A DNA stretch of 64,000 nucleotides from Polyangiales bacterium. GTDB lineage: Bacteria; Myxococcota_A; Polyangia; Polyangiales; Houyiibacteriaceae. The stretch is from positions 1-64,000 of the forward strand of contig JBGCFM010000001.1 in the NCBI GenBank assembly GCA_045106895.1, in the 5' to 3' direction. The notes under the pieces are model-generated. The model ran no database searches. It was given only the letters and a program-made list of their open reading frames with translations, and had not been told where the DNA came from. Both the position numbers and the translations under genes were made by a program. Positions 28,084-37,696 of this stretch are shown one piece after another. Numbering within the stretch: the stretch's first letter is position 1; each line of letters starts with the position of its first letter.

Positions 28084-30318
28084 TTGGAACGTCTCGTCTC
28101 CCTATGCGCCTGCGGGCTACTTATCTTCTCTCTCTCCTGTGCCCAGGGGAGCATCAACGGGCCCGATGCAGGTCCACGTGTCGACGGATCCATCGACGCG
28201 TCCGGTGTTGATGCAGGCCCACAGTGTGGGAATGGCGTCTTCGACGAAGCCGAAGAATGCGACGGCCCCATCCCTGATGGGTTGTCCTGCGTCAGTCTCG
28301 GATACGTCGGCGGTGAGCTGAGCTGTGGCTCCGAGTGCACCCTCGACAAGAGCGGATGCATCGAAGACGCATGCGGCGATGGGGTCATCGGCGGCGAAGA
28401 ACTGTGTGACAGTGACCAGCTTCAAGGCTTCACGTGTGAGTCCCTGGGTTTTGCCGGAGGCGGCACTCTCGGCTGTGCCGCTGACTGCACCTACGAGACT
28501 GTCGATTGTTCGTCCTGCGGCGATGGCGTCATCAACATCGGAGAAGAATGCGACGGCGCCACGCTCGGTGCAGAGACCTGCATTTCACGCGGCTACACCG
28601 GCGGAACGCTCGGTTGCACGCTGTGCGGCTTTGATGAAAGTGGATGCGAAAATGATCGCTGCGGAAACGGCACTCGGGAAGCCGAAGAGAGCTGCGATGG
28701 CAGCGACCTCGCCGAACAGACCTGCACCAACCTTGGCTTCGCAGGCGGAACTCTGAGCTGCGGCCCCGACTGCGGCTTCGACTCCAGCGCTTGCTCGAAC
28801 TGCGGAAACGGCAGCATCGATCCCGGCGAGGACTGCGACGTGTCGGACCTTGGCGGCCAGAGCTGCGGAACCCAAGGGTTCACCATCGGCACGCTGGGCT
28901 GCACCGCCGCGTGTACCTTTGACACGAGCGCTTGCGAAACGACGGCCTGCGGCAATGGAGTCTTGGAGTCCGGCGAGACCTGCGACGATTCAGGAACCAC
29001 CTCCGGCGACGGGTGCAGCGCGAGCTGCCGCACCGAGACGGGCTGGACATGCTCCGGAACACCAAGCAGCTGCACGCCAATCTGCGGCGATGGCATGATC
29101 CTCGGCGCCGAGGTGTGCGACGGCTCGAACCTCGGCGGCGCATCCTGCGTCAGCCGTGGATTCACCGGCGGCACGTTGAGCTGCTCCGCGTGTGCGTTCA
29201 ACGAAACGGGCTGCACCAATATTACGTGCGGCAACGGCAGCATCGAGACCGGTGAAGAGTGCGACGACGGGAACTCCGTGCGTTTCGACGGCTGCAGCAC
29301 CTCGTGCCAGGTCGAAGACACCTACGAGCTTCCCGTTCGTTTGCGAAACGGCGATGGCAGCAACCACGGGATGCTTGAGGTGCTCCGCGAGGGCGCATGG
29401 CGAGACGTCTGCGACGATGTTCCGACCGTCGCCGCCCAGCAGGCGATGGCGGATGTCGTGTGTGGCCAACTCGGTTTCACCGGGAGCTCCCACGAGTTCA
29501 TCTTCCGATTTGGCGGGGGAACCAACACTCCGCTCATGGATGACGTGACGTGCACAGGCAGCGAAACCAGTCTCGCTCAGTGCCCTTTCCGCGGGTGGAA
29601 CCAAGAAAACTGCACAGCGACTGAGGCTGTGGGAATCCGCTGCGATCCAGGCGAAGGCGACATTCGCCTCGTCGATGGCCCAAGCGGCATGGAGGGTCGA
29701 CTTCAGATCTACCATAGCGGCGCATGGGGCGAAGTCTGCGACGACTACTTCGACGGCTTCTACGCGGCATACAACGGCTACGGTCCGGTCACCGTGTGTC
29801 AGCAGCTCGGGTACCAGGATGGGACCTTCCTCACGAGCTACGACTCACCGACTGCGACTTTTGTCCTCGACGACGTCAACTGCCTCGGCAGCGAGCGTCG
29901 CCTCGGAGACTGCCCGCACCCTCCCTACGGGACAGAGAACTGCGGCACGACGGAGGGCGCGGGATTCCGCTGTGTCGCGGCGGCCGAGAACGACCTTCGC
30001 CTCGTCGAAGGCAGCGCGCGAAACCGCGGCCGAGTGGAGATCTTGCACTCGGGCGTCTGGGGCACCGTCTGCGATGACGGGCTGACGTCGGGGACTGCGC
30101 AGTCGAACTTCGTCGCCGTCAGCTGCGGCGACCTCGGCTTCGAACGCGCCGGCTCAGCTCTTACGCTCGCCGCCGTCGAAGATGGCGCCGAACCGATTTG
30201 GCTCGACAACGTCAACTGCGCCGGGTCTGAGACTCAGCTCGCAAGCTGTCCGGACAACGGATGGAACGTTGAGAACTGCAGCAACTTCGAGGACATCGGT
30301 CTGGCCTGCACGCCCTAA
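28084..30318 (+). CDS. Cys-rich lipoprotein with three C-terminal scavenger receptor cysteine-rich (SRCR) domains
   Basis: Lipobox SLSC; CG.G..D..E.CDG..L...TC..LG..GGTL.C repeats; three RL..G....GR.E....G.WG.VCDD...LD.V.C.GSE..L..C domains. Confidence 0.88.
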   Translation: MERLVSLCACGLLIFSLSCAQGSINGPDAGPRVDGSIDASGVDAGPQCGNGVFDEAEECDGPIPDGLSCVSLGYVGGELSCGSECTLDKSGCIEDACGDGVIGGEELCDSDQLQGFTCESLGFAGGGTLGCAADCTYETVDCSSCGDGVINIGEECDGATLGAETCISRGYTGGTLGCTLCGFDESGCENDRCGNGTREAEESCDGSDLAEQTCTNLGFAGGTLSCGPDCGFDSSACSNCGNGSIDPGEDCDVSDLGGQSCGTQGFTIGTLGCTAACTFDTSACETTACGNGVLESGETCDDSGTTSGDGCSASCRTETGWTCSGTPSSCTPICGDGMILGAEVCDGSNLGGASCVSRGFTGGTLSCSACAFNETGCTNITCGNGSIETGEECDDGNSVRFDGCSTSCQVEDTYELPVRLRNGDGSNHGMLEVLREGAWRDVCDDVPTVAAQQAMADVVCGQLGFTGSSHEFIFRFGGGTNTPLMDDVTCTGSETSLAQCPFRGWNQENCTATEAVGIRCDPGEGDIRLVDGPSGMEGRLQIYHSGAWGEVCDDYFDGFYAAYNGYGPVTVCQQLGYQDGTFLTSYDSPTATFVLDDVNCLGSERRLGDCPHPPYGTENCGTTEGAGFRCVAAAENDLRLVEGSARNRGRVEILHSGVWGTVCDDGLTSGTAQSNFVAVSCGDLGFERAGSALTLAAVEDGAEPIWLDNVNCAGSETQLASCPDNGWNVENCSNFEDIGLACTP

Positions 30319-30330
30319 AGGGCGCCGTTT

Positions 30331-30374
30331 GCGAGGAACACCGGCGAGGAACACCAGCGAGAAACGCCGGCGAG
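30331..30374. repeat. 13-bp tandem repeat (about 3.4 copies) between convergent genes
   Basis: GCGAGGAACACCG GCGAGGAACACCA GCGAGAAACGCCG GCGAG. Confidence 0.75.
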
Positions 30375-30382
30375 CCGGCGGC

Positions 30383-31294
30383 TTAGGCCAGCCCGATGGC
30401 GGGTGCAGTGCGCTCGCCGCTCAAGAGTCCGCGACGCTTCGCCGCGACGAGCACACGCAGACCTTCGCGGTAACCACGGAGGAGGAGCTTGCGCGCGTTG
30501 CGACGGCTCGTGAACGAGAACGCACCGAGATCCGGAGAGACGTTGAGAATCGTGACGTTGGGATAACGTTCCGCGAGAAGCTCAATGCCGCGGGCTTCCT
30601 TCTCGCTGAGGAGAATATTGACGGCCTGGCGGCCAATGGCCATGGGCCCCTCGGTGGCGATGGATGCGCCACCGTCAAAGTGCGGACGGTAGACGTTGGA
30701 GACCACGACGATATCGGCGCCGGCATCCACGGCGAGGTCGATGCTGAGCGTTCGAACGAGTTCGCCGTCGAGATAGTAGCGGTCCCCAATTCGGTACGGT
30801 CGAAACAGAAGAGGAACACAGCACGACGCGGCAACGGCTTGGGATATCGGTACATCCTCGCGGTGACCGCGACCAAAGACCGTTCGTCCGTTCCCGTCCA
30901 TGTCCGTCGCCGTGACGAGAAGCGTTGTGTCGAGCTGCCGGAAATCGTTCATCGGGAGTTCGCTGTTGAGATGGCGCTCAAAGCGGTCGATGGAGAGGAG
31001 GCCGCTCGTGAGACGACCTTTGCTCCGCAGCTCCTCCCCCGTGGGCAGTCCAAGGAAGGCCCGACCTTTGATACCGCGGCTCGTGGAACGTCGCCATCGC
31101 GGACGCAGCCAGTCCATCATCTCTTCGCTTCCCACCCCCTGGGCAAAGAACGCCGCCGCGAGGGCTCCGGAAGATGTGCCCACATGGATATCGGGGCGAA
31201 TTCCGAACTCTTCCAGGGCTTTTAGAACACCGAGGTGAGCGATGCCTTTGGTGGCGCCGCCGGACCCTACAAACGCTAACTTTGGTCGAACCAC
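30383..31294 (-). CDS. Patatin-like phospholipase
   Basis: GSGGATKG oxyanion loop, GTSSG nucleophile, ASCCVPLLF, YYLDGE. GTG start inferred. Confidence 0.9.
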   Translation of the reverse strand: MVRPKLAFVGSGGATKGIAHLGVLKALEEFGIRPDIHVGTSSGALAAAFFAQGVGSEEMMDWLRPRWRRSTSRGIKGRAFLGLPTGEELRSKGRLTSGLLSIDRFERHLNSELPMNDFRQLDTTLLVTATDMDGNGRTVFGRGHREDVPISQAVAASCCVPLLFRPYRIGDRYYLDGELVRTLSIDLAVDAGADIVVVSNVYRPHFDGGASIATEGPMAIGRQAVNILLSEKEARGIELLAERYPNVTILNVSPDLGAFSFTSRRNARKLLLRGYREGLRVLVAAKRRGLLSGERTAPAIGLA

Positions 31295-31356
31295 AGGACT
31301 GCTCCGCAATCCCCCCCGCGGCGAATGGTCGCCGGGGCCGTCCCGCACGTCAAGTC

Positions 31357-32235
31357 TCAGTCCTGTCGCCCACGAAGTGCCAAGATTCGCAGGTCCCGGA
31401 CCTTCGTGCGCGCCTCGCGCGCCAGGCTGCTGCGTGGCCAACGCCGAATCAAAGTGCGGACCGCTTCGAGGGCGGTGTCGACGTCGTCGAGTTCCTCCGC
31501 ACACAACGCGAGGAGCCACGTGGCGTCGTCTTGGAGTTCACGGTCGATGTTCTGTTCGACGACCTGCCGCGCATACACCATCGCTTCGCTCTGACGACCG
31601 AGACGTCGAAGCGCTCGCGCGAGTTGATAGATGACCGACGGGATGTGCGCCGCCTCATCGCGTAGACGAATGGACTCTTGGAACTTCTCCGCCGCCTCGG
31701 CGTAGCGTTCGGTGCGCATCAACTCCAAACCGCCCTGATAAGCGGTCACGGACAGGTCCAAGCGGAAGCGGTCGTAGGTATCGCGGAAGAAGGCCGACTC
31801 CGCAGGACTTAGGTTCTCTCGGGTGAGCTCTTCATACCCGGCCACCACCTGAGCCCGACGCTGCTCGCGGATGAGACCGTAGAAGCGTTGCGCCTTCGAC
31901 TCCGCGCGCGCGCGCTCCTCCGCACGACGCGTCTCTTCGGCGAGGTCGCTTTCGAGCTCATCGACTTGACGAACGAGCGTACTCTTCTCGCTCTCCACCT
32001 CGCGAATACGTGAGTCCGAGGCGAGCTTGAGCCCGGCGAAGGAAATGACGGCGACAACGACAAGGAAGACGCCGCCGTTCCAGTTGAAGCGGCGTTCATA
32101 GCCCGCCTGGCGCTTGGCGATCGACTTTACGTCCGCGCCCAGCGAATTGACGAGGTTGTTGGTCTTGATCACCAGCCCACGGGACTCGATGATCTCACGT
32201 TTGATCTCCAGGATCTCCTCGTCGCGATCGCGCAT
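31357..32235 (-). CDS. Membrane-anchored coiled-coil TPR protein (CpoB/BamD-like C-terminus)
   Basis: One TM helix, coiled coil, TPR helices ending LIRRWPRSSLAREA. Confidence 0.7.
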   Translation of the reverse strand: MRDRDEEILEIKREIIESRGLVIKTNNLVNSLGADVKSIAKRQAGYERRFNWNGGVFLVVVAVISFAGLKLASDSRIREVESEKSTLVRQVDELESDLAEETRRAEERARAESKAQRFYGLIREQRRAQVVAGYEELTRENLSPAESAFFRDTYDRFRLDLSVTAYQGGLELMRTERYAEAAEKFQESIRLRDEAAHIPSVIYQLARALRRLGRQSEAMVYARQVVEQNIDRELQDDATWLLALCAEELDDVDTALEAVRTLIRRWPRSSLAREARTKVRDLRILALRGRQD

Positions 32236-32304
32236 ACTTCTCGGGAACTACCCCGGACCGGGGTACTGGGCAAGGAGCACAATGAATCACCCCAAAACGG
32301 AGTG

Positions 32305-32333
32305 TTGACGCCGGTGGCCATGCATTCTAGACA
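32305..32333 (+). promoter_or_regulatory. Putative sigma70 promoter for efp
   Basis: TTGACG-N17-TAGACA. Confidence 0.5.
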
Positions 32334-32387
32334 GCCGCGTTGCGGGCCGGCTTTGGGTTCGTACAGAAAGACTAGGGAGAGAGCGAC

Positions 32388-32951
32388 ATGGCAGACACCG
32401 GTGACCTCAAAAAGGGCTTCAAAATGTTGAAAGACAACGAGCCTTGGGTTTGTGTCGACTGCCAGTTCGTCAAGCCCGGCAAAGGCCAGGCGTTCTTTCG
32501 AACGAAGTTCAAGAACATGGTCAACGGCCGCGTCGTCGACCACACGTTCAAGAGCGGCGAGAAGCTTGAGAAGGCGGACACCGAAGAGCGCGAGATGCAG
32601 TACCTCTACCCAGAGGGTGACAACTACGTCTTCATGGACAACGCGAGCTACGACCAGATGACGATGACGAAGGAGCAGTTGGGCGACAACGTCTTCTTCC
32701 TCCTCGACAACATGAACGTTCAGGTGATGCTCTTCAACGAGCGCCCCATCGGCGTCACGCCTCCAACTTTCGTCGCGCTTGAGGTGATGGAGACGGACCC
32801 AGGGTTTAAGGGCGACACGTCCGGCAACACCACGAAGCCAGCCACGGTTTCCACCGGACTCATCGTCCAGGTTCCGCTTTTCGTGAACGTCGGCGACACA
32901 CTCAAGGTCGACACGCGCGACTCCAGTTACGTCGAGCGCGTCAAGGTCTGA
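32388..32951 (+). CDS. efp: Elongation factor P
   Basis: VKPGKGQAF loop with modifiable Lys, MQYLY, PGFKGDT, VPLFV, KVDTR. Confidence 0.98.
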   Translation: MADTGDLKKGFKMLKDNEPWVCVDCQFVKPGKGQAFFRTKFKNMVNGRVVDHTFKSGEKLEKADTEEREMQYLYPEGDNYVFMDNASYDQMTMTKEQLGDNVFFLLDNMNVQVMLFNERPIGVTPPTFVALEVMETDPGFKGDTSGNTTKPATVSTGLIVQVPLFVNVGDTLKVDTRDSSYVERVKV

Positions 32952-32953
32952 GC

Positions 32954-34135
32954 TTGCCGCTCAACGCTTCGCTTCACAGCTTGAAAAACGACCGCGCTCT
33001 CATCGGCGCGGTCGTTTTCGTTCAGGGAAGATTGCTCAAGCGCGACGGGCTCTTGGTCCTTCGTGACGCCGATCACGAAGTGCAGCTCGTCTGCAGCGCA
33101 GACCTGCCTTCGGAGGGGAGCATTGTTCGCGCCCGCGGCCTGTGGGACGGCGCTGCGTTCCAGGTCGAAGCAGTCGAGCTGCTCACCGTCGCTCTCAAAA
33201 ACGAGCGACCTGATCACGAGGCGCTGCAAGAGCGGACGAAGAACTTGCGACTTCGGCATCAAGCCTCACGCGCTGTTCGCCGCTACTTCGACGAAGCGGA
33301 CTTCGTCGAGGTGGAGACGCCGCTCATCGTCCCCTCGCCCGGACTGGACCTGCATCTCGACGCGTTTGAGGTTCCGTACGGGGATGAGCTCCGTTATCTC
33401 ATCACAAGCCCCGAGTACCAGATGAAACGGGTGCTCGCCGGAGGGCTCACGCGTATCTACCAACTGGCTCGCTGTTTTCGAAAAGGCGAAATCGGCGCGC
33501 GCCACGAGCCCGAGTTCACCCTCATCGAGTGGTACCGCGCGTTCGCAGGTTCCGCCGACGTCATGGCGGACACGGAACAGCTCGTTGCCTTCGTCGCTCA
33601 AGCGACGTTGGAAACCACGGTCTTGCCGTGCGGCGTCGATGTCGCGCCCCCCTGGCCGCGGCGGCGCGTTGCGGACGTGTTCGAAGAGTACGCGAAGGTC
33701 ACGGTGGAGTCGGTGCTCCCGGATGAAGAACGATTCTTCCGCCTCTACGTCGATGAGGTGGAGCCGCAGCTCGGGAACGACCCGTTCTTTCTCACGCACT
33801 GGCCGGCGAGCATGGCATCTCTCGCTCGCCTCTTGCCGGAGGAGCCGGATGTCGCGGACCGATTCGAGGCGTACATCGGTGGTCTCGAGATCTCCAACGG
33901 CTTCGGTGAGCTCGTCGACGCCGATGAACAGCGCCGCCGTTTGATGCGCGACCGCAAAGAACGAAGCGCGGCGGGGCTCCCCGCCTACCCCATCGACGAG
34001 CGCTTTGTCGGCGCGCTCGAAGAGGGGATTCCGCCGTCCGGCGGCAACGCCCTCGGCTTTGACCGTCTTGTGATGCTGCTCTCAGGCGCGTCACACATTG
34101 AGGACGTCCTCGCCCTCCCCCACCGGCGTCTCTGA
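32954..34135 (+). CDS. epmA: EF-P lysine aminoacylase (EpmA/GenX)
   Basis: EVETP, YLITSPEYQMKRVLA, HEPEFTLIEWYR, RFEAY...EISNGFGEL, GNALGFDRL; adjacent to efp. Confidence 0.93.
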   Translation: MPLNASLHSLKNDRALIGAVVFVQGRLLKRDGLLVLRDADHEVQLVCSADLPSEGSIVRARGLWDGAAFQVEAVELLTVALKNERPDHEALQERTKNLRLRHQASRAVRRYFDEADFVEVETPLIVPSPGLDLHLDAFEVPYGDELRYLITSPEYQMKRVLAGGLTRIYQLARCFRKGEIGARHEPEFTLIEWYRAFAGSADVMADTEQLVAFVAQATLETTVLPCGVDVAPPWPRRRVADVFEEYAKVTVESVLPDEERFFRLYVDEVEPQLGNDPFFLTHWPASMASLARLLPEEPDVADRFEAYIGGLEISNGFGELVDADEQRRRLMRDRKERSAAGLPAYPIDERFVGALEEGIPPSGGNALGFDRLVMLLSGASHIEDVLALPHRRL

Positions 34136-34178
34136 AACCACCCTGGCGTGCTGACGCCCGTGGCTCCAAACTTATGGA

Positions 34179-35186
34179 GTGCGCGGGAGGCAAAGTTCGA
34201 TCTGGCTGCGAGCCGCCCTCGGCGCATCTCTGATCGTGGCGTGCGGCGGTTCCAGCGCCATCGTCACCATGACGACGCCTGCGCGGCTTCCTCTCAAGAC
34301 GATACCCAACATCTATCTCATGGCAGAAGACCACGAGGTAGAGGCGCTGGTTCCGTTTCTCGGCGAAGCCCTCGAGTCCGACGGGGTGCACGTCGAGTTC
34401 GTCAGCCCCGCCGATATCGAAGCGCGTCGCCGCGAAGGGAGCGTGCCCCTCGCAAGCGCCGTGGTGCTCCTCCGCTTGCAGTACAGCTCCGCCACGGCGA
34501 CGCGCGCCCGCGACCGAAACGAGACGGTCTGCGGCACCCGCGGATGCGTTACCCGTCCGCGCACAGTGTTCGTTCAGGTGCCCATACTTTCCGCGCTCCT
34601 CGTTGTGGAGGTGCGCGAAGGGCCGAGCGACCGGACTCTCCAGGAAGTCCTTTTTCAGGCGGAGTCCGACGCCGGGGTCGTGGACGTTCTGCAGAGAGAC
34701 AGCGTCCTCCGCCAGCTGCGCGAGCAGCTATTGGAAACCCTCGATCCACAGCGCCGCTCGCTACGAATCCGCCTGCAGCCGGTGGAACTAGCAGGCGCGG
34801 AGCTCGCTCTTCAGGCGCTACGCGCAGGTGAATGGACCCGTGGTCGCAGAGCCCTCGAAGCGTTGGCGTCGGACGCCGAAGCGCTCCCCGAAGAGGAACG
34901 CGCGGCTTTCTATTACAACCTGGGCGTCGCTCGACGATTCGACCCGCGGACCCTCGTTTCGAACGAGAACGAGCACTTCGACGCGGCGGAAACTGCGCTA
35001 CGCATGGCCATTCGCCTCAGCCCTCAACCCCTCTACGCAAGGGCCCTTGAGGACGTTCAACGACACCGACGAGAGCGAGCGCTCCTGGCGGCCCAAAGGG
35101 AAGCCGCTGGCGAGAACTTTCGCGAGGACGAAGCCGCTCCGCTCTCCCCCGCCCCGCCCGACGCGTATCGCCAGGAGACCCCTTAG
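34179..35186 (+). CDS. Hypothetical lipoprotein with TPR motif
   Basis: Lipobox IVAC; AAFYYNLGVA. Confidence 0.65.
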   Translation: MRGRQSSIWLRAALGASLIVACGGSSAIVTMTTPARLPLKTIPNIYLMAEDHEVEALVPFLGEALESDGVHVEFVSPADIEARRREGSVPLASAVVLLRLQYSSATATRARDRNETVCGTRGCVTRPRTVFVQVPILSALLVVEVREGPSDRTLQEVLFQAESDAGVVDVLQRDSVLRQLREQLLETLDPQRRSLRIRLQPVELAGAELALQALRAGEWTRGRRALEALASDAEALPEEERAAFYYNLGVARRFDPRTLVSNENEHFDAAETALRMAIRLSPQPLYARALEDVQRHRRERALLAAQREAAGENFREDEAAPLSPAPPDAYRQETP

Positions 35187-35962
35187 GCGGTCTTGTCCGC
35201 GCTCTTCGCTCGCTCCCACAGCGCATCGAGTTCGTCATTCGTACGCGCCGCGAGGCCTCCTTCACCGGCGTTCAGCTCCGCGTGCCGAAAGCGTCGACTG
35301 AACTTGTCCAGGCTTCGACGCAGGCTCGCTTCTGGGTCGAGAGAACGTTTTCGCGCAAAGTTGGCGAGGGCGAAGAGAACATCCCCCAGCTCGTCTTCGG
35401 CGGCGTCCATGTCTTCTGAGTCGAGGGCAGCGTCGAGTTCCGCGAGCTCTTCGTCGACCTTCTTGCGCGGCCCCGCGGCGTCGTCCCAGTCGTAGCCAAC
35501 GGCCGCAGCCTTTTCGCCCACTCGTACCGCGCGCAGCAACGCAGGCATCGCCGCGGGCACCCCGCCAAGAGCACCGCGCTCGCGTTTCTCCGACGCTTTC
35601 ATGGCTTCCCATCGGGCCAAAGACCCAGCGGCGTCGTGCTGCTTTTCATCGCCAAAAACCCACGGATGGCGGCGCACCATCTTTTCCGAGATCGCTTCGA
35701 TGACGCCGTCCAGGCCAAACCATCCTTTTCGCTCAGCGAGGGCCGCCTGGAAGACAACCTGAAAGAGCAAGTCGCCGAGCTCCTCGCGTAGAGGCTCGCC
35801 CTCACCAGCGTCGATGGCCTCGACGACCTCATACGCCTCTTCGATGAGATAGGGACGCAGCGATTCCAGGGTCTGCTCTTTGTCCCAAGGGCAGCCCTCT
35901 GGGCCCAGGAGGGTCTCCATGATCGCGGCGAGCCCCGGCATTGTTGCACCAGTCTTGGTCAT
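35183..35962 (-). CDS. mazG: Nucleoside triphosphate pyrophosphohydrolase MazG
   Basis: GCPWDKEQT, IEEAYEV, EELGDLLFQ, KMVRRHPWVFG, EDELGDVLF; GAGGAG RBS before ATG 35962. Confidence 0.95.
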   Translation of the reverse strand: MTKTGATMPGLAAIMETLLGPEGCPWDKEQTLESLRPYLIEEAYEVVEAIDAGEGEPLREELGDLLFQVVFQAALAERKGWFGLDGVIEAISEKMVRRHPWVFGDEKQHDAAGSLARWEAMKASEKRERGALGGVPAAMPALLRAVRVGEKAAAVGYDWDDAAGPRKKVDEELAELDAALDSEDMDAAEDELGDVLFALANFARKRSLDPEASLRRSLDKFSRRFRHAELNAGEGGLAARTNDELDALWERAKSADKTA

Positions 35963-36047
35963 CTTCTTCTCCTCGAGTCTCAACGGCAGGAATACGTCAC
36001 TTAAACCGTGCGTTTCTCCACTCTCTAGACGCTACACTCTCGCTCAC

Positions 36048-36980
36048 ATGCGTCGAGTCGACGCGGGAGGCAATCGATTGGCTAGGGGCGAAGAAAATAC
36101 GGACGGAGACGGGAACGCGGGCCTCATCATCGGAAGCGTCCTCGGAACCTTCGCGCTCGCGGCCTTCTTGGTCGTCGCCTACGTGTCTCACGAAGAGGAT
36201 CCCGTCGAACGTCCGACGCTCCTCGTCGACGACTCACGATTGGCGGTGCGCTTCTGCGGCCTAGACCACGGCCTCACGCCCGAAGGCACACGCGAAGCCA
36301 TCGACGCGGAGCTGCGCCTTCGCGGCTACGTAAGCGCCGGAGAGTGGACCGACGACGTGGAGATGGGCGTGGCCGATGGCTCTCAGCTCGACGGAGGCTG
36401 CGGGATCATCGTCGCTCACGCCCGTACGGGTTCGCACTTTCGAGCCGTCCGCGAGGACAGCGTGGAGCTTCAGTCGTGCAGAAATGATGTCGTCGCGGCG
36501 GCGACCTGTGGCGAGGACGTCGAGTTCCTCGGAACCGGCGTCACCTCGCTCCGTGCCTACGTCATGCCAGGAGTCTCGGGAGCTCCAGACGCACTGGCCC
36601 CGACTCACCGAGTGCTCCAGGCCGAAGCCGAGCACACCCTCGGACGGCTGCGTTTGGTGCCGGGCGCCAAGGTCTACGTGGACAGCATCGCCGCTGGCGG
36701 AACGATGACCATTTCACCACCGGCGAGCGGGTGCGTTCACTATGCCGTCTCCGCGGCTGGCGCAGGCATGCTCTCCTCGGACTCGGTCTTCGGCGATCTC
36801 GCGCTCTTCGCTCGGACGCTGTGTGAGAACAACGCGGAGCTGGTGATTCACGCGGGGGGCAGCACCCCGACGACGGTCGCCGTTCGCCAGTTTGAGGCGT
36901 CACCGGGGGCCGGCGTCGCCACGCGCGTGGCCGCGCAGATCAGCGACGCCGAAATCGTGAGCGACATCGAAGACCTCTAG
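36048..36980 (+). CDS. Hypothetical single-pass membrane protein
   Basis: One TM helix followed by an extracytoplasmic domain with several Cys. Confidence 0.6.
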   Translation: MRRVDAGGNRLARGEENTDGDGNAGLIIGSVLGTFALAAFLVVAYVSHEEDPVERPTLLVDDSRLAVRFCGLDHGLTPEGTREAIDAELRLRGYVSAGEWTDDVEMGVADGSQLDGGCGIIVAHARTGSHFRAVREDSVELQSCRNDVVAAATCGEDVEFLGTGVTSLRAYVMPGVSGAPDALAPTHRVLQAEAEHTLGRLRLVPGAKVYVDSIAAGGTMTISPPASGCVHYAVSAAGAGMLSSDSVFGDLALFARTLCENNAELVIHAGGSTPTTVAVRQFEASPGAGVATRVAAQISDAEIVSDIEDL

Positions 36981-37087
36981 CGGGACACTCGGAGCCACGC
37001 GGCGCCAGGGCCATGAGACCGGCAATGCATCTGAAGCGCTGAGTTCGCTTGACGGTGGATGGCTTCGCTTGTCATCGTCGCAGTCGC

Positions 37088-37696
37088 GTGCGCTACAAGA
37101 AATCGGAGATATCGGCTTCCCAGATCGTGCAATCGGCCATTCGTGTATTGGCAAAGCAAGGCTACGCGAACACCTCGCTCCTCGATATCGCGAAGGAAGC
37201 CGGGATGAGCAAGGGCGCCGTCCACTACCACTTCCCGACCAAGGAGGCCCTGCTCCAGGTCGTGCTCAAGACGGCGCTGGATGCGGTTCAAGCACGAACC
37301 ATCGAGGCGTGGACACAAGGGGACGACCCCTTCGTGTCACTCCGTAAGTCCCTCGACATGCTCTGGGGTATTCGCGCCGCCCGCACAGACGAAGCCCTCG
37401 TCGTCGCCGACCTCCTGGCGCTCAGCCTCTACGATGAGCGACTACGCCCGCAGCTGGCGGACTACTATCGCCAAGCGGCGGAACAGATCAAAGAGTATCT
37501 CGAGCCCAACCTCCTCGACCTGGGCATCGAGTCGCGCGTCCCCATGACGATTCTCCCTCGCCTCGTCCTGGGGCTTTTGGACGGTCTGGTCATGCAGGCC
37601 TTCGTCGACCCCGACGCCCTCTCTCCAGAAGACGTTGTGACGGCCATCGAAACCCTCGCGATGAGCCTCCTGAACGCCCCCAAAGGCGCCAAGTGA
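37088..37696 (+). CDS. TetR/AcrR family transcriptional regulator
   Basis: GYANTSLLDIAKEAGMSKGAVHYHFPTKEALL. TTGACG-N18-CATCGT upstream (37049-37078) favours GTG 37088. Confidence 0.92.
   Translation: MRYKKSEISASQIVQSAIRVLAKQGYANTSLLDIAKEAGMSKGAVHYHFPTKEALLQVVLKTALDAVQARTIEAWTQGDDPFVSLRKSLDMLWGIRAARTDEALVVADLLALSLYDERLRPQLADYYRQAAEQIKEYLEPNLLDLGIESRVPMTILPRLVLGLLDGLVMQAFVDPDALSPEDVVTAIETLAMSLLNAPKGAK

Noticed and set aside
30383..31294. Patatin as a CBASS effector
   Set aside because: No CD-NTase or cap genes nearby; resembles a housekeeping RssA-type patatin.
35183..35962. mazG as part of a toxin-antitoxin or anti-phage system
   Set aside because: Ordinary two-domain housekeeping MazG with no mazEF or defence neighbours.
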